Assembly: GCA_041752695.1 (NCBI GenBank)
Contig: JBGSVZ010000080.1
Span: forward strand, 1 to 51,715
DNA from: Terrimicrobiaceae bacterium
Lineage (GTDB): Bacteria; Verrucomicrobiota; Verrucomicrobiia; Chthoniobacterales; Terrimicrobiaceae
DNA: 51,715 bases
Direction: 5' to 3'
Shown here one piece after another: positions 1 to 10,811 of this stretch. The position numbers and the translations under genes were made by a program. Position 1 is the stretch's first letter. Each line of letters opens with the position of its first letter. The notes under the pieces were generated by a model, which did no database searches, was not told the DNA's origin, and was given only the letters and a program-made list of their open reading frames with translations.

Positions 1-74
1 AGGAACTTTTCACGCTTCGTTTGCTTCTTTTTCCCGCGGAACTCGTTCACCGCGAAGCTCAGTTGGCTTTCCAT
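1..74 (-). CDS. IS5-family transposase, N-terminal fragment (runs off the window)
   Basis: ATG at 74 preceded by purine-rich GAGGGA; translates MESQLSFAVNEFRGKKKQTKREKF, resembling the typical IS5 transposase start (MxQxSFaxxEyxgKrKxTRRExFL). Not in the ORF track. Confidence 0.85.
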   Translation of the reverse strand, partial: MESQLSFAVNEFRGKKKQTKREKF

Positions 75-137
75 TCCCTCTTTTGCCTTTTTCCCTCTCC
101 TTTGGCAATCCCGACTGCCGATTAAATCAGCGTTTCC
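1..137 (-). mobile_element. Left end of an IS5-family (IS5 subgroup) insertion sequence, truncated by the window edge
   Basis: Minus strand reads TTAG|GGAAACGCTGATTTAAT from 141: a YTAR target tetramer (138-141) followed by a GGAA-starting IS5-type terminal repeat; transposase start lies just inside. Confidence 0.8.
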
Positions 138-350
138 CTAACCGAAGGGGCTTTCAACAGCCCGCGTTGCACGCCCCGCTTTTCTGCCGGATGCCCGCAG
201 GGAGCAATCGGTGCCACCGAACGATCGCTTTCCGCCCTTAGTCCCAGCCTGAGGCATTTTTAGGAACGCACCTTAGGCGCACAGCCTCCGCACCGGACGA
301 TTTACTCGTGTCCGTTGAATCATCAATGGGCAAACCAAAAATCATACATC

Positions 351-674
351 ATGAAAAAAGTCATTCTATCCCTGGCCGCCATTTGCGCCTCGACCGCCTT
401 CGCGGTCGCCCAAACGTCTTCCACCACCACAACCACGACGACCGGCATGGGGACTATCACCGAATATTCGCCCGGCCAAACCTTCATCGTGAAGGAAACC
501 AGTGGCCCGGTCACCTACTCCTACGGCGATTCGGTCACCTATGTGACCAAAAGCGGCAAGGTCCTCACGGATGCCGACCTGAAAAGCCGCATGAAGGTTG
601 GCGCCCCTGTCAGCGTGGGCTACTCGACAGTCGGCGAAAAACGCGTCATCAGCCGCGTAGAAATCGACGACTAA
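351..674 (+). CDS. Small secreted hypothetical protein (signal peptide, Thr-rich linker, predicted small beta-barrel)
   Basis: MKKVILSLAAICASTAFAVAQ signal peptide, poly-Thr run, beta-strand pattern; followed by a terminator-like hairpin. Confidence 0.75.
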   Translation: MKKVILSLAAICASTAFAVAQTSSTTTTTTTGMGTITEYSPGQTFIVKETSGPVTYSYGDSVTYVTKSGKVLTDADLKSRMKVGAPVSVGYSTVGEKRVISRVEIDD

Positions 675-691
675 ACCCGGGCTTTCCCTCT

Positions 692-728
692 TGCCCGTCT
701 TGGAGAACTCCGCGGCGGGCACTTTTTT
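692..728 (+). terminator. Putative intrinsic terminator
   Basis: TGCCCG...CGGGCA stem followed by CTTTTTT, just after the stop at 674. Confidence 0.55.
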
Positions 729-884
729 GGCCTGGAAAATTGCGGACACTGCCTGGTGAGACGAACCCACCGGCTCCCCTCCCCACGAGCACGGGCAAGA
801 GCGCCGCGCTGGGCACTTGTTCCCACATTGCCGTTCCCACGAATAAGGATTCCCCGCAACGCCGGAATTGATCAGGCTTGCGTC

Positions 885-2411
885 ATGATCCTGCTGACAA
901 CGCTCAACGCCCGCTATATTCATGCCGCGTTCGGGCTGCGCTACCTGCGGGCCAATCTGGGGGATCTCCGGGACCACTGTGAGATTATGGAGTTCGACAT
1001 CAATCAGCGCCCGCTCGAAATCGTCGAGCGACTTCTGACCCGTCAGCCCCGCATTATTGGAATCGGGGTTTATATCTGGAACGTCCGGGAGTCGCAGGAT
1101 GTTGTTTCTTTGCTGAAACGCGTCGCGCCTGAAGTCTGCGTGGTGCTGGGAGGTCCGGAGGTCAGCCACGAATCCGAGGGGCAGCCCATCGTGGCGCTGG
1201 CCGATTACACCATCACCGGAGAGGCCGATCTGGCTTTCGCCGAACTCTGCCGCCAATGGCTGGCTGGCACGCCGCCGACGGATAAAATTATCCGTGCGAC
1301 CCTGCCGCCTCTGGATCAGCTCGTTCTCCCTTACGACGAATACAATGCTGACGATGTTGCGCACCGGGTCCTCTATGTGGAGGCCTCACGGGGCTGTCCG
1401 TTTACGTGCGAGTTTTGCCTCTCCTCGCTCGAGGCCCCGGTGCGACAGTTTGCCCTGGAACCGTTTCTCCATTCCCTCGACGACCTGCTCAAACGCGGGG
1501 TCCGCCAGTTCAAATTTGTCGACCGCACCTTCAACCTCAACCTTAAGACCAGCGCCGCGATTCTGCAGTTTTTCCTCGATCGGTATGAATCTGGCCTGTT
1601 TGTCCATTTCGAGATGGTGCCGGATCGCCTCCCTGACGCCTTGCGCGATTTGATCGTGCGGTTTCCCCCCGGGGCTCTGCAGTTCGAGGTGGGCATCCAA
1701 ACCTTTAGTCCGGAGGTGGCCGCCCTGATCAGCCGCCGCCAGAACTATGACCGCCTGGCGGACAACCTGACCTTTCTCCGGGAAAAAACCGGCGTGCATG
1801 TTCATGCCGATCTGATCTTCGGGCTGCCCGGGGAAACGCTGGAGAGTTTTGGCGAGGGATTTGACCGCCTGGTCCGCATTGGACCCCAGGAAATTCAGGT
1901 CGGCATTTTGAAGCGACTGCGGGGGACACCCATCGTCCGGCACGATGCGGAATGGGGCATGGTTTATTCCGACCATCCGCCCTACGAGATTCTCCGCACC
2001 AGACTGGTCGATTTCGAAACGATGCAGCGGGTGCGACGGTTCGCGCGCTTTTGGGATTTGGTGGGAAACAGCGGGAATTTTCCCCGCACCCTCATGGCCT
2101 TGTGGGCAAACGACGCTTCGCCTTTTCAGGAGTTTCTGAGATTTAGCGATTGGATTCACTCCACGCTGGGCCGCACACACGCCATACCCCTCCACACGCT
2201 GGCCGAGATCCTGCGTCGCTATTTAAACGAGGTCCGGAACGAACCCCTAGCGCGCATCGATTGTCTCCTGCGCGAAGACTACCTGGCTACCGGCCGCAAC
2301 GACCTCCCGAAGTGGCTGCGCCACGAAGGCGAAAAAGTCGGCGCTGCCCGCCCCCTCAAAGGCGCCCATTTGCCCAAGCGCCAGGCCCTGCGAGCGGCCG
2401 TCGGGGATTGA
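885..2411 (+). CDS. B12-binding-domain radical SAM protein (DUF4080-type)
   Basis: N-terminal cobalamin-binding-like segment (YIWN..GGPEVS..GEAD), CxxxCxxC motif [21 protein letters not shown]; start taken at ATG 885. Confidence 0.85.
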   Translation: MILLTTLNARYIHAAFGLRYLRANLGDLRDHCEIMEFDINQRPLEIVERLLTRQPRIIGIGVYIWNVRESQDVVSLLKRVAPEVCVVLGGPEVSHESEGQPIVALADYTITGEADLAFAELCRQWLAGTPPTDKIIRATLPPLDQLVLPYDEYNADDVAHRVLYVEASRGCPFTCEFCLSSLEAPVRQFALEPFLHSLDDLLKRGVRQFKFVDRTFNLNLKTSAAILQFFLDRYESGLFVHFEMVPDRLPDALRDLIVRFPPGALQFEVGIQTFSPEVAALISRRQNYDRLADNLTFLREKTGVHVHADLIFGLPGETLESFGEGFDRLVRIGPQEIQVGILKRLRGTPIVRHDAEWGMVYSDHPPYEILRTRLVDFETMQRVRRFARFWDLVGNSGNFPRTLMALWANDASPFQEFLRFSDWIHSTLGRTHAIPLHTLAEILRRYLNEVRNEPLARIDCLLREDYLATGRNDLPKWLRHEGEKVGAARPLKGAHLPKRQALRAAVGD

Positions 2412-2413
2412 AG

Positions 2414-3610
2414 CTAGACGGCCGCCCGACCCAGTTCGCAGACGCTGAGATTCCGCATGTGGCCGAGCGCTTTTTTCAGAGTTCTCCACCAGGTATCCGT
2501 CCGGTAGGCCACGCCATGGGCCGCGCAGACGGCCCGGACTTCGGGCGCGATTTTCCTCAGGCGATCCGGGGGAAATTTTGGGAAAAGGTGATGTTCGATC
2601 TGCCGGTCGAGTCCGCCACAAAGGATGGAAAGGGGCAGGCACACTTCGAAGTTGTTGGTGGCCGCCACTTGCATCGCATACCACTCTCCCTTTCCTTTGG
2701 CCCGGGTGCCTTCGGGAAAATCCGCGACTTCCTCGCCGGTGTGACCGCAATAAATCGTCGCGGCGCTGTAGATGTCGCGCAGGGTTTCCGCCAGCCAGTT
2801 TCCCAGCAAAACCTTCCAGAACATTGAGATGTTCCAGAACATCAATCCGGCGAGCAGGGGGAAAAAGAGGTAGTTCTTGAGATAATAAGGCGCAAACTTC
2901 CGCAGAGCGGTGAGATGCGCCTTCCGGATCGCTTTCCAGGATCGGTCCGTTTTGTCGTAGTGCTCATCGGCCCGCCCGTTGCCGAAATAGAGATCGTTCA
3001 GGCCGGTGAAGTGCATATTCACGAAGAACGTGAAATTCGGCGCCAGAATCGCGACCAGGAACGGGAACTGCAAATGGTGGAACCACTTGTGAGGCGTCCG
3101 CTCCGTGAGGCGGGCCGGGCCAAAGTTCATATCCGGATCCTTGCCCGCCACATTGGTGAAATGGTGGTGCTCGACGTTGTGACCATGCCGCCAGGAGGCC
3201 TCATGGATCGGCGCATCCCAGGAAAATTTCTTGGAATGGAAACGTCCGACCCCTTCGAAATCGTCATACACCCCGTGCAGTACGGTGTGGCCAATTTCGG
3301 TCGTCTGCAATTGCTTGTGAATCCACAAAGCTCCGACCCCGGCCAGAAAAGTGACGGGCTCCAGACTGAAATGGAGCAACGTCCGGCCGACAACTTCCAT
3401 CCCGCGGGAAAACCCATTTAACCGGCGAAGGCGCTTCAGATCCTGCGTCCCCAGTTCGGCCTCGGCCCGGAGCCGGATGGCATCAATCGCCTCCCCGAAG
3501 CACTCCATCCGTTCCGTGTAGCTGAGGCGGGAAAATTCGACGGGAGCAGCCGGGCCGGAAGGACCTTGGGCGACAGAGTTGGGCGTGGTGGATGGAGTGA
3601 TGCAAGTCAT
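2414..3610 (-). CDS. Membrane fatty acid (acyl-CoA) desaturase family protein
   Basis: Three His boxes ([22 protein letters not shown]) and hydrophobic segments; start codon uncertain. Confidence 0.88.
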   Translation of the reverse strand: MTCITPSTTPNSVAQGPSGPAAPVEFSRLSYTERMECFGEAIDAIRLRAEAELGTQDLKRLRRLNGFSRGMEVVGRTLLHFSLEPVTFLAGVGALWIHKQLQTTEIGHTVLHGVYDDFEGVGRFHSKKFSWDAPIHEASWRHGHNVEHHHFTNVAGKDPDMNFGPARLTERTPHKWFHHLQFPFLVAILAPNFTFFVNMHFTGLNDLYFGNGRADEHYDKTDRSWKAIRKAHLTALRKFAPYYLKNYLFFPLLAGLMFWNISMFWKVLLGNWLAETLRDIYSAATIYCGHTGEEVADFPEGTRAKGKGEWYAMQVAATNNFEVCLPLSILCGGLDRQIEHHLFPKFPPDRLRKIAPEVRAVCAAHGVAYRTDTWWRTLKKALGHMRNLSVCELGRAAV

Positions 3611-3642
3611 CGGCTCCGCGAAAGCTTTCAAACTTCGGCGGG

Positions 3643-4443
3643 CTAGGCAATCGGGAAGTGTGGGGAACGCGCTCCGAAATACTCGCGGGGATCCAGCTGG
3701 TAGTATTTCCTCATCTCGTCATAGAGATCCGGCATTTTCCGGGCCAGTTGCCGTGGTTTCTCAAAAAACGTCTCCGTGGCCACGGCAAAAAACTCCGCCG
3801 GATTGGTCGCGCCGTAGGAATCCAGCACCGTCTTTTTCCCATCTTCCGTCTGCTGCAGAAACTCGTCGTAGTTCTCTTGAAATACCCTTGCCCAGGATCG
3901 ATAGGAGTCCCGGCAGGGAAGCCCCGGAGCGCCGTCCGTCGCGCCATCTTCGTGATCGAGCTGATGCGCAAACTCGTGAAACGTCACGTTGTTCGCATCG
4001 GTGATATTGCGAGCCCCCTGCTCGACGGAATCCCATGCCAGCACGACCGTCCCGCGTTCCCAGGATTCACCGAGGCGGGCGACCTCTTCTTCCGTGACGA
4101 TCCCGAGCGCATCCACCCGCTTTTTCACCGAACGGAAGGTGCTGGGGTAGAGATAGACCACCTTCAACTTCGGATACGGCTTCCCCTCGCGATGCACCAC
4201 CAGCAAACAGGCCTGCGCCGCCACCGTGAGAACCATGTCCTCCGTCAGTTCCAACCCCCCGCACCCTTCAAAGCGAATCGTCGCGAGGAATTGCCCAATG
4301 CGTTCGTGCAAACGAAGCCGCAACTCTTCCGGCAACCGCACATACAAAGGCGTGTTTTTTTCCAGCAGCGCGATCCATTCCTTGCGGAAAAGTCCCTTCG
4401 CTGATTCTCCCCTAAATAAGGCCTGCAGTTTTTCCCAGATCAT
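3643..4443 (-). CDS. Zinc-dependent peptidase, M90/MtfA family
   Basis: HEFAHQLD zinc motif, [19 protein letters not shown] and LGESW motifs typical of MtfA. Confidence 0.88.
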   Translation of the reverse strand: MIWEKLQALFRGESAKGLFRKEWIALLEKNTPLYVRLPEELRLRLHERIGQFLATIRFEGCGGLELTEDMVLTVAAQACLLVVHREGKPYPKLKVVYLYPSTFRSVKKRVDALGIVTEEEVARLGESWERGTVVLAWDSVEQGARNITDANNVTFHEFAHQLDHEDGATDGAPGLPCRDSYRSWARVFQENYDEFLQQTEDGKKTVLDSYGATNPAEFFAVATETFFEKPRQLARKMPDLYDEMRKYYQLDPREYFGARSPHFPIA

Positions 4444-4551
4444 GAAAACGATGCTCCAAAATTCCCGCTACTCACCCTGGACAGGTTCCAATTTCCGGAC
4501 AGTTCTGATTGAGAGCGTTTGCCGAATTCCACATTTTTACGGGAAGATTCC

Positions 4552-5745
4552 TCAGTAAAACCGCTGCGGCGCGAGGATGGGCTGCGCGACGGTGAGGCGG
4601 TCCACAAAACGTTGCCAACTTTCCTGGCCGGCGAGGATTTCGATCTCGACGCGCAGATAATAAAGCGGGACCTCCGGGTCGAGAATGCGGGGGATGCGCA
4701 CCGCGTCTTTTTCCGTGGTGATAATGGCGGGCAGGTCCCGGCGGGCGCAGCGACGGATGAAGTTTTCGATCTCCCTGACCGTGTAACGGTGGTGGTCCGT
4801 GTAGATTTTCGAGAGGGCCACTTCCGCACCCAGTTTGCGAAGGCCCCCTTCAAAACTTTCAGGGGCAGCGATTCCGCAGAGCGAGCCAACCTCCAGTCCC
4901 TGAAGAAATTCGAGGGGCAGGATCTCGCCGGTGACGAGGTTTTTCAAGTGTTTCGGGTGGTGCGAACACTCGATGATGTCCGCGGTGCGGTTGTATTTGC
5001 GAATGCGGGCGATCAGATCGGCATTGTCCGTGCCAGGAGCGCATTTGGTGATAAATAAGTGTGTGGCACGGCGAAGATTGCCGGCGGGTTCGCGCAAGGT
5101 GCCACGAGGGAGAAGGTATTCGTTGCCAAAGGGAGTCTGACGGTCGATCAGGGCAATCTCAATACCGCGTTTCATCCGCACGTATTGGTAGCCGTCGTCC
5201 AAAAGAAGAGTATCCGCGCCGAAATGTTCGACCGCGTAGTGTCCTGCCATCACGCGGTCCCGATCCACCAACACCACCACGCCCCGCAGGTTGTTGGCCA
5301 GCATGAATGGTTCGTCCCCGGCGATACGGGAGTCGAGAAGGAGGGCATTTCCGTCGGATACGATGCGGGGGGCAAAGACCGCCTTCTTTTTAAAAATTTT
5401 GTCCCAGAGCCGAAACAGGAAGGGACGAGGGACACTTTTGTAGCCCCGGCTGAGGATGGCAACCCGGCGGCCTCCGGCATGGAGGGCGCGGGCGAGCATT
5501 TCCACGACGGGGGTCTTGCCCGTGCCGCCGACGGTCAAATTTCCCACACTAATGACAAGGCAGCCGATGGTGCGCGGGCGGTAGATGCGGTGGTGAAAGA
5601 TGGCAAGGCGGATCTGAACGATGAAACGATAGACCTGCGAGAGGGCATGAAGAATCCAGCGCAGAATGTCCGCGCGGCGGCCGTAGCGCCGATTCAGGAT
5701 GACGTCGATGGCGAACGTCTCCAGCCCTTCCAACCAGCGCCGCAT
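4552..5745 (-). CDS. lpxK: Tetraacyldisaccharide 4'-kinase
   Basis: [29 protein letters not shown] and [10 protein letters not shown] motifs; ATG at 5745, just after the thrB stop. Confidence 0.95.
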   Translation of the reverse strand: MRRWLEGLETFAIDVILNRRYGRRADILRWILHALSQVYRFIVQIRLAIFHHRIYRPRTIGCLVISVGNLTVGGTGKTPVVEMLARALHAGGRRVAILSRGYKSVPRPFLFRLWDKIFKKKAVFAPRIVSDGNALLLDSRIAGDEPFMLANNLRGVVVLVDRDRVMAGHYAVEHFGADTLLLDDGYQYVRMKRGIEIALIDRQTPFGNEYLLPRGTLREPAGNLRRATHLFITKCAPGTDNADLIARIRKYNRTADIIECSHHPKHLKNLVTGEILPLEFLQGLEVGSLCGIAAPESFEGGLRKLGAEVALSKIYTDHHRYTVREIENFIRRCARRDLPAIITTEKDAVRIPRILDPEVPLYYLRVEIEILAGQESWQRFVDRLTVAQPILAPQRFY

Positions 5746-5747
5746 GG

Positions 5748-6587
5748 TTAGTGAGAAATACGCACGCCGAGGTTGTCCGCGCGGGTGGTGACGACACGCG
5801 CGCCGGGATTTCCGCTGGCCGCCAGCATGGCGGCGGCCACGCGATCGATGCCGCCCAGAGCCAGACACGCAATGGTGGAGCCCGACCCGCTGAGCCATCC
5901 GCCGATGGCTCCTGCCTCCACCCCGGCTTCGATCACCGCCGGCAGAAAAGGAACAAGCGGTTCGCGGTAAGGTTGATGGAGGCCATCGGTGAAGCAGCCG
6001 GCGAGTTTGGTGTAGTCACGACTGGCGAAGGCACCCGCCACGGCACAGGCGTTGGCAACGGAAAGGACCGCATCCTTGAAGGGAATTGTGGCCGGCAAAG
6101 CACGGCGGGCTTCCGGGGTGGACACTTCGAAGTCGGGAATCAGGAGGGCAAACTCGAGCGAGCGGGAGACCCGGTAGCGTTGGAGGGAACCGGGGCGGGC
6201 AATCGTGAATCCCCCAAAGGCTGCCGGGGCGGCGTTGTCGGGATGCCCCTCCAACCCGGCGCAGAGTTCAAAGAGGGCGTCGGCATCAAGCGGCCGGCCG
6301 GAAAGCTCGTTCAGGCCATGAAGAAGGCCAAGGCGCACCGTGACACTGCTGCCCATCCCGCGCGAACGCGGCACGGCACCCGTGACCCTCCACTGAAAGT
6401 CGAACGGACGGCCGCCGGACGCCTCAAAAAATGCCGCCGCTGCCTGGGCGACAAATCCATCGTCCGGGCCACCAGGGGATTTTTTCACCGTCACGGTATT
6501 GTAGATTTGCAGCGCGATCCCCAGGCAGTCGAACCCCGGGCCGACATTGGCCGTGGTGGCGGGGACTTTGACGCGAACGATACTCAT
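5748..6587 (-). CDS. thrB: Homoserine kinase
   Basis: VPATTANVGPGFDCLG, PRSRGMGSS (GHMP ATP loop), EGHPDNAAPA, LSGSG. Confidence 0.95.
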   Translation of the reverse strand: MSIVRVKVPATTANVGPGFDCLGIALQIYNTVTVKKSPGGPDDGFVAQAAAAFFEASGGRPFDFQWRVTGAVPRSRGMGSSVTVRLGLLHGLNELSGRPLDADALFELCAGLEGHPDNAAPAAFGGFTIARPGSLQRYRVSRSLEFALLIPDFEVSTPEARRALPATIPFKDAVLSVANACAVAGAFASRDYTKLAGCFTDGLHQPYREPLVPFLPAVIEAGVEAGAIGGWLSGSGSTIACLALGGIDRVAAAMLAASGNPGARVVTTRADNLGVRISH

Positions 6588-6669
6588 GCCTGTATTTATT
6601 AGTGGGAGTTGGCGGCGGGGAAAAGGCCGTTGTTGACTGTCGGCCATTGGCGGAGATTATGACCCGCGC

Positions 6670-7620
6670 ATGCGGTCCATACCCATTATCACGATCATAA
6701 CAGTCGCGCTTTTGAGCCAGAGCTATGGCGAGACCTTGCGTGTTGGGCTTTTTCCCAACGTGACCCATGCCCAAGGCCTCGTGGCGGCCAATATGAGCCG
6801 GGAGGGCAAGGGTTGGTTCGAACCGCGGGTGGGAGTGGATAAAATCGAGTGGTTCGTCTACAATGCCGGGCCCTCCGCGATGGAGGCTCTTTTCACCAAG
6901 TCTGTGGAATTCACCTACGTCGGGCCAAGCCCTGCCGTCAATGCCTATGCCCGGGCCAACGGCAAGGTGGTCCGGGTGATTGCCGGTGCCATGCGGGGCG
7001 GCAGCGCCCTGGTGGTCAGCGGCGACGCCATCCAAAAACCGGACGATCTGCGCGGCAAAATGATCGCCACCCCCCAGCTCGGCAACACGCAGGATGTGGA
7101 GTGCCGGGCCTGGCTGATCGAGCACGGCATCAAAGTCACCCTGGTCGGAGGCGACGCCCGGGTCATCCCGACAGCGAACCCCGACATCCTCGCGCTTTTC
7201 CAGCAGGGAAAACTTAATGCGGCCTGGACCGTGGAACCCTGGGTCACCCGCCTGATCAACGAAGGCGGAGGCCGGATTTTCTACGAAGAAAAAGATCCCC
7301 TCACCACCATCCTGACCGCCCGGCAGGATGTCGTGGAAAACCGGCGCGAGTTGGCGGTCAAATTCGCCGCCGCGCACCGTGAACTCACCCAGTGGATTCT
7401 TGACCACCCCGAGGAGGCGCAGAAGCGGGTGCGCGACGAACTCACCGCCATTGCCCGGAAAGAAATCCCCCTCGCCCTCATCTCCGCCGCCTGGATCCGT
7501 CTGCGGCCGGATTCGAACGTCACCGTCGAACCGTTCCAAAAATTTCTCGACCAGGCGCGGCTGGTAGGATTTCTCAGGGCGCAGGTCGATTTATCCAAAC
7601 TGATCGAACCCCTGCCATGA
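6670..7620 (+). CDS. ABC transporter substrate-binding protein, SsuA/TauA/NitT family
   Basis: Signal peptide; PNVTHAQG, YVGPSPA, TPQLGNTQD and EPW motifs; first gene of a coupled three-gene operon. Confidence 0.85.
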   Translation: MRSIPIITIITVALLSQSYGETLRVGLFPNVTHAQGLVAANMSREGKGWFEPRVGVDKIEWFVYNAGPSAMEALFTKSVEFTYVGPSPAVNAYARANGKVVRVIAGAMRGGSALVVSGDAIQKPDDLRGKMIATPQLGNTQDVECRAWLIEHGIKVTLVGGDARVIPTANPDILALFQQGKLNAAWTVEPWVTRLINEGGGRIFYEEKDPLTTILTARQDVVENRRELAVKFAAAHRELTQWILDHPEEAQKRVRDELTAIARKEIPLALISAAWIRLRPDSNVTVEPFQKFLDQARLVGFLRAQVDLSKLIEPLP

Positions 7621-8420
7621 GCCTCGAACAAGAACTCGTCAACGTCTCGCCGGAAAGCATCGAGGTCAACTCGGTGAGCAAAACCTTCATCGGGGCGCGG
7701 GGCAAGACGCACGCGCTCGACAACGTGAGCCTGCGCGTGGCGGAGGGCGAATTTGTCTGCCTCGTCGGGCCCAGCGGTTGCGGCAAATCCACCCTGCTTA
7801 ATATCATCGCCGGCCTGGAGACGCCGGACTCCGGGGCCATCCTGGCCAGCGGCAAATCCATCCGCGAACCCGGCCGCGACCGCATGGTCATGTTCCAGGA
7901 GCATGCGCTTTTCCCCTGGCTGGACGTGATGGGAAATGTGCTCTTCGGCCTCAAACTCAAACCCGGCCTGTCCGATGCCGAGCGTCTCGAGGTGGCAAAA
8001 TATTATCTCGAATTGGTCGGGCTCTCCAAATTTCAGCACGCCAACATTCACGAACTTTCCGGTGGAATGAAACAACGCGTCGCCCTCGCCCGGGCTCTCG
8101 CGCCCAATCCCCGCGTGCTCCTGATGGACGAACCCTTCGCCGCCCTCGACGCCCTCACCCGGGAACAACTCTACGGAGACATCCAGCGCATCTGGGAGGC
8201 CCGGCGCAAAACCATCATTTTTGTCACCCACAATGTCCGCGAAGCCGCCTGCCTGGGCGATCGGGTGATTTTGTTTTCCCCGAACCCCGGCCGGATCCGC
8301 AACGAGTTCAAAATCGGACTCGAACGCCCCCGGGACATCAACAGCGTGAACCTCGCCGAATACTCGTCGCAAATCACTGCCGCCCTGAAAGGTTTCATCA
8401 ACAAGGAAGTCGCGGAATGA
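7617..8420 (+). CDS. ABC transporter ATP-binding protein, SsuB/TauB family
   Basis: Walker A GPSGCGKS, signature LSGGMKQR, Walker B LLMDEPF; ATGA overlap with the upstream gene. Confidence 0.92.
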   Translation: MSLEQELVNVSPESIEVNSVSKTFIGARGKTHALDNVSLRVAEGEFVCLVGPSGCGKSTLLNIIAGLETPDSGAILASGKSIREPGRDRMVMFQEHALFPWLDVMGNVLFGLKLKPGLSDAERLEVAKYYLELVGLSKFQHANIHELSGGMKQRVALARALAPNPRVLLMDEPFAALDALTREQLYGDIQRIWEARRKTIIFVTHNVREAACLGDRVILFSPNPGRIRNEFKIGLERPRDINSVNLAEYSSQITAALKGFINKEVAE

Positions 8421-9187
8421 AACATCTGCTCACCACTCTCGGATTTTTTGCCCTGCTCATCGTCCTTTGGGGGCTCTACACACGGTTCGCCGACGTCTCC
8501 CCGGTGATGTTTCCGTCGCCCGTCAACGTCGGCGAATATCTTTGGCAATCGCTCCTCGACGGCACCCTGCTCTCCACGACGTACGTTACGATGAAACGCC
8601 TGCTCATCGGCTACATCATCGGCCTCCTTTTCGGCGTGCCGCTCGGCCTCTTCAGCGCGCGCTTTTCCCTCATGCACGACACCGTCGGTCAGCTCGCCCT
8701 GGGCTTGCAGACCCTCCCCAGCGTCTGTTGGGTCCCCCTGGCGCTCATCTGGTTCGGGCAAACGGAAATCGCCATGCTTTTCATTGTGGTGATGGGAACG
8801 CTCTGGTCTGTCGTGATTGCCACGGAAAACGGCGTGAAAACCATGCCGCCAATCTACCTGCGCGCCGCCCGCACGATGGGGTCCAACGGGCTGCATAGCT
8901 GGATCAAAGTGATTCTTCCCGCCTCCCTGCCCTACCTCGTGAGCGGCATGAAACAAGGCTGGGCTTTTGCCTGGCGCTCCCTCATGGCCGCAGAAATCTT
9001 CATCACCATCCTCACGGGTTTCGGCCTCGGCCAATTGCTCCACTACGGCCGCGAACTGCACGCGATGGATCAGGTGGTGGCCGTCATGCTCGTCATCGTC
9101 GTGATCGGCCTGCTCGCCGACCGCATCCTGTTTTCGCCTTGGGAAAACTTCCTCCACCGCCGCTGGGGCACCGGGGCATTGAAATAA
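8417..9187 (+). CDS. ABC transporter permease, SsuC/TauC family
   Basis: About six TM segments, RAARTMG EAA-like loop, AWRSLMAAE; ATGA overlap. Confidence 0.9.
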   Translation: MKHLLTTLGFFALLIVLWGLYTRFADVSPVMFPSPVNVGEYLWQSLLDGTLLSTTYVTMKRLLIGYIIGLLFGVPLGLFSARFSLMHDTVGQLALGLQTLPSVCWVPLALIWFGQTEIAMLFIVVMGTLWSVVIATENGVKTMPPIYLRAARTMGSNGLHSWIKVILPASLPYLVSGMKQGWAFAWRSLMAAEIFITILTGFGLGQLLHYGRELHAMDQVVAVMLVIVVIGLLADRILFSPWENFLHRRWGTGALK

Positions 9188-9239
9188 TCTCCAACACTTG
9201 ACCGACACGGTCTTTCCGTGTGTATTTCCTCTTCCGACT

Positions 9240-9327
9240 GGTGAGGTGGCTGAGTGGTCGAAAGCAGCGCTTTGCTAAAGCGCCGTACTCCAAAAGGGTA
9301 CCGGGGGTTCGAATCCCCCCCTCACCG
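9240..9327 (+). tRNA. tRNA-Ser (anticodon GCT), long variable arm, CCA not encoded
   Basis: Acceptor stem GGTGAGG/CCTCACC plus discriminator G; anticodon arm GCGCT-TTGCTAA-AGCGC; T-arm GGGGG-TTCGAAT-CCCCC; TTGACC -35-like hexamer at 9198. Confidence 0.97.
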
Positions 9328-9341
9328 TTTCTTTCCGACCC

Positions 9342-9803
9342 CTATTTCCGGCTCTCCGCCAGCGCCCGCTGGCGATTTAACCACACCTTCGCCGCACTCT
9401 TCATCCGCGTGAGGATATAGTACACGGTCTGACTGCGCTGCCGCACCAGGTCCGCCCCGACAATACGGGGTACAAAATCTGCCGGCACATCGAGGACTTC
9501 CTGGGGAGTGAGGCCCTCCAGGCCTTTGCACAAGATGGATGTCATGGCCCGGGTAAGGGTTTGCACCTGGGAGCCGAGCGTCACCCGGAAATGCGAGGCT
9601 GAGCCCTCGCCCACCTTGAGAAACACCCCGACCGTGTCGGTGCACTCCTCGTCCTTGCGGACGTCTTCCAGATCGAACACCTCGCCGTCTCGGGGCGCCT
9701 GATTTTTCGCGCCGTCGGCATAGGAGATCAACATCTCGCGCTTCTCGGCGTCGGACAACACCTCGAAGAGTTCGATGATTTCATTCAGTTTCGGAGGAAG
9801 CAT
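9342..9803 (-). CDS. SufE/CsdE-family sulfur-acceptor protein
   Basis: Single Cys (EECTDTV), GLTPQEVLDVP..F, R-containing C-terminal helix; directly downstream of a rhodanese. Confidence 0.8.
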   Translation of the reverse strand: MLPPKLNEIIELFEVLSDAEKREMLISYADGAKNQAPRDGEVFDLEDVRKDEECTDTVGVFLKVGEGSASHFRVTLGSQVQTLTRAMTSILCKGLEGLTPQEVLDVPADFVPRIVGADLVRQRSQTVYYILTRMKSAAKVWLNRQRALAESRK

Positions 9804-9810
9804 GGGGAAT

Positions 9811-9868
9811 GTAAGATTTTTGATGTTTGATGTTTGATGGGAACCAAATCCCACATCAAACATCTTAC
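9811..9868. repeat. Inverted heptamer-repeat array (TTTGATG / CATCAAA) in the sulfurtransferase-sufE spacer
   Basis: GTAAGAT-T-TTTGATG-TTTGATG-TTTGATG-GGA ... TCCCA-CATCAAA-CATCTTAC forms an imperfect long hairpin. Confidence 0.8.
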
Positions 9869-9878
9869 CTCGGACATT

Positions 9879-10739
9879 CTATTGGCTTCGTTCGATAGGG
9901 GCGCGGACGCGGTTGCCCCACTCGGTCCAGGAGCCATCGTAGTTGCGGACGTTTTTGTGGCCGAGCAGGTACGTCAGGACAAACCACGTGTGGCTGGAAC
10001 GTTCCCCGATGCGGCAATAAACGACGGTTTCTTCATCCGGTTTAAGCCCGGCCTCGGTTTCGTAAATCGCCCGGAGTTCGGCCGCGGACTTGAAAGTGGC
10101 ATCGTCGCCGACCGCGCGTTTCCATGGAAAACTTCGGGCGCCGGGAACATGGCCACCCCGCAGCACACCCTCCTGCGGATACTCGGGCATGTGGGTGACT
10201 TCCCCTTTAAATTCGCCGGGAGAACGCACATCAATGAGCGGCTTGCGATCCTGGCTTTGCTTGAGGGCGTCCTCGTAAAAGGCACGGATCTCGTCGTCGT
10301 AGCGTTTGGCCGGCACCGGATATTCCGTGCCCGGATATTTGGGCACTTCACGTGTCAGATCCCCGCCTTCTGCGACCCATTTGTCGCGGCCTCCGTCCAT
10401 CACTTTGACGTTCTCGTGGCCAAAGAGCCGAAACGCCCAGAGCGCGTAGCACGACCACCAATTGGACTTGTCGCCGTAAAAAATCACCGTGGTGTTTTTG
10501 GTGATGCCATGCTTCGCGCAAAGCGCGGCAAAGGCTTCCGGAGAAATATAGTCCCGAACAGTCTGATCCTGCAGGTCCGACCGCCAGTCAATGTGCACCG
10601 CCCCGGGAATGTGGCCGGTGCTGTAGAGCAAAATATCTTCATTGCTCTCGACCAGGCGGATATCGGGATCGTGCAAATGTCCGGCCACCCAATCGGTGGT
10701 CACCAAAGCGTCAGGGTGCGCGTATTCGGGATCAGTCAT
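9879..10739 (-). CDS. Two-domain rhodanese / thiosulfate sulfurtransferase (SseA/CysA type)
   Basis: GHIPGA, DGG, active-site [18 protein letters not shown]. Confidence 0.93.
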   Translation of the reverse strand: MTDPEYAHPDALVTTDWVAGHLHDPDIRLVESNEDILLYSTGHIPGAVHIDWRSDLQDQTVRDYISPEAFAALCAKHGITKNTTVIFYGDKSNWWSCYALWAFRLFGHENVKVMDGGRDKWVAEGGDLTREVPKYPGTEYPVPAKRYDDEIRAFYEDALKQSQDRKPLIDVRSPGEFKGEVTHMPEYPQEGVLRGGHVPGARSFPWKRAVGDDATFKSAAELRAIYETEAGLKPDEETVVYCRIGERSSHTWFVLTYLLGHKNVRNYDGSWTEWGNRVRAPIERSQ

Positions 10740-10811
10740 AAGATTTAACGTAAAGATGATGGCAAAAAGGAAAAGCAGCGAAAGGAGGATCTTTTGTGGG
10801 GGGAGAAATTC

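Noticed and set aside
9240..9341. tRNA-Ser as an integration site for an island
   Set aside because: No integrase and no duplicated tRNA 3' end seen in the window.
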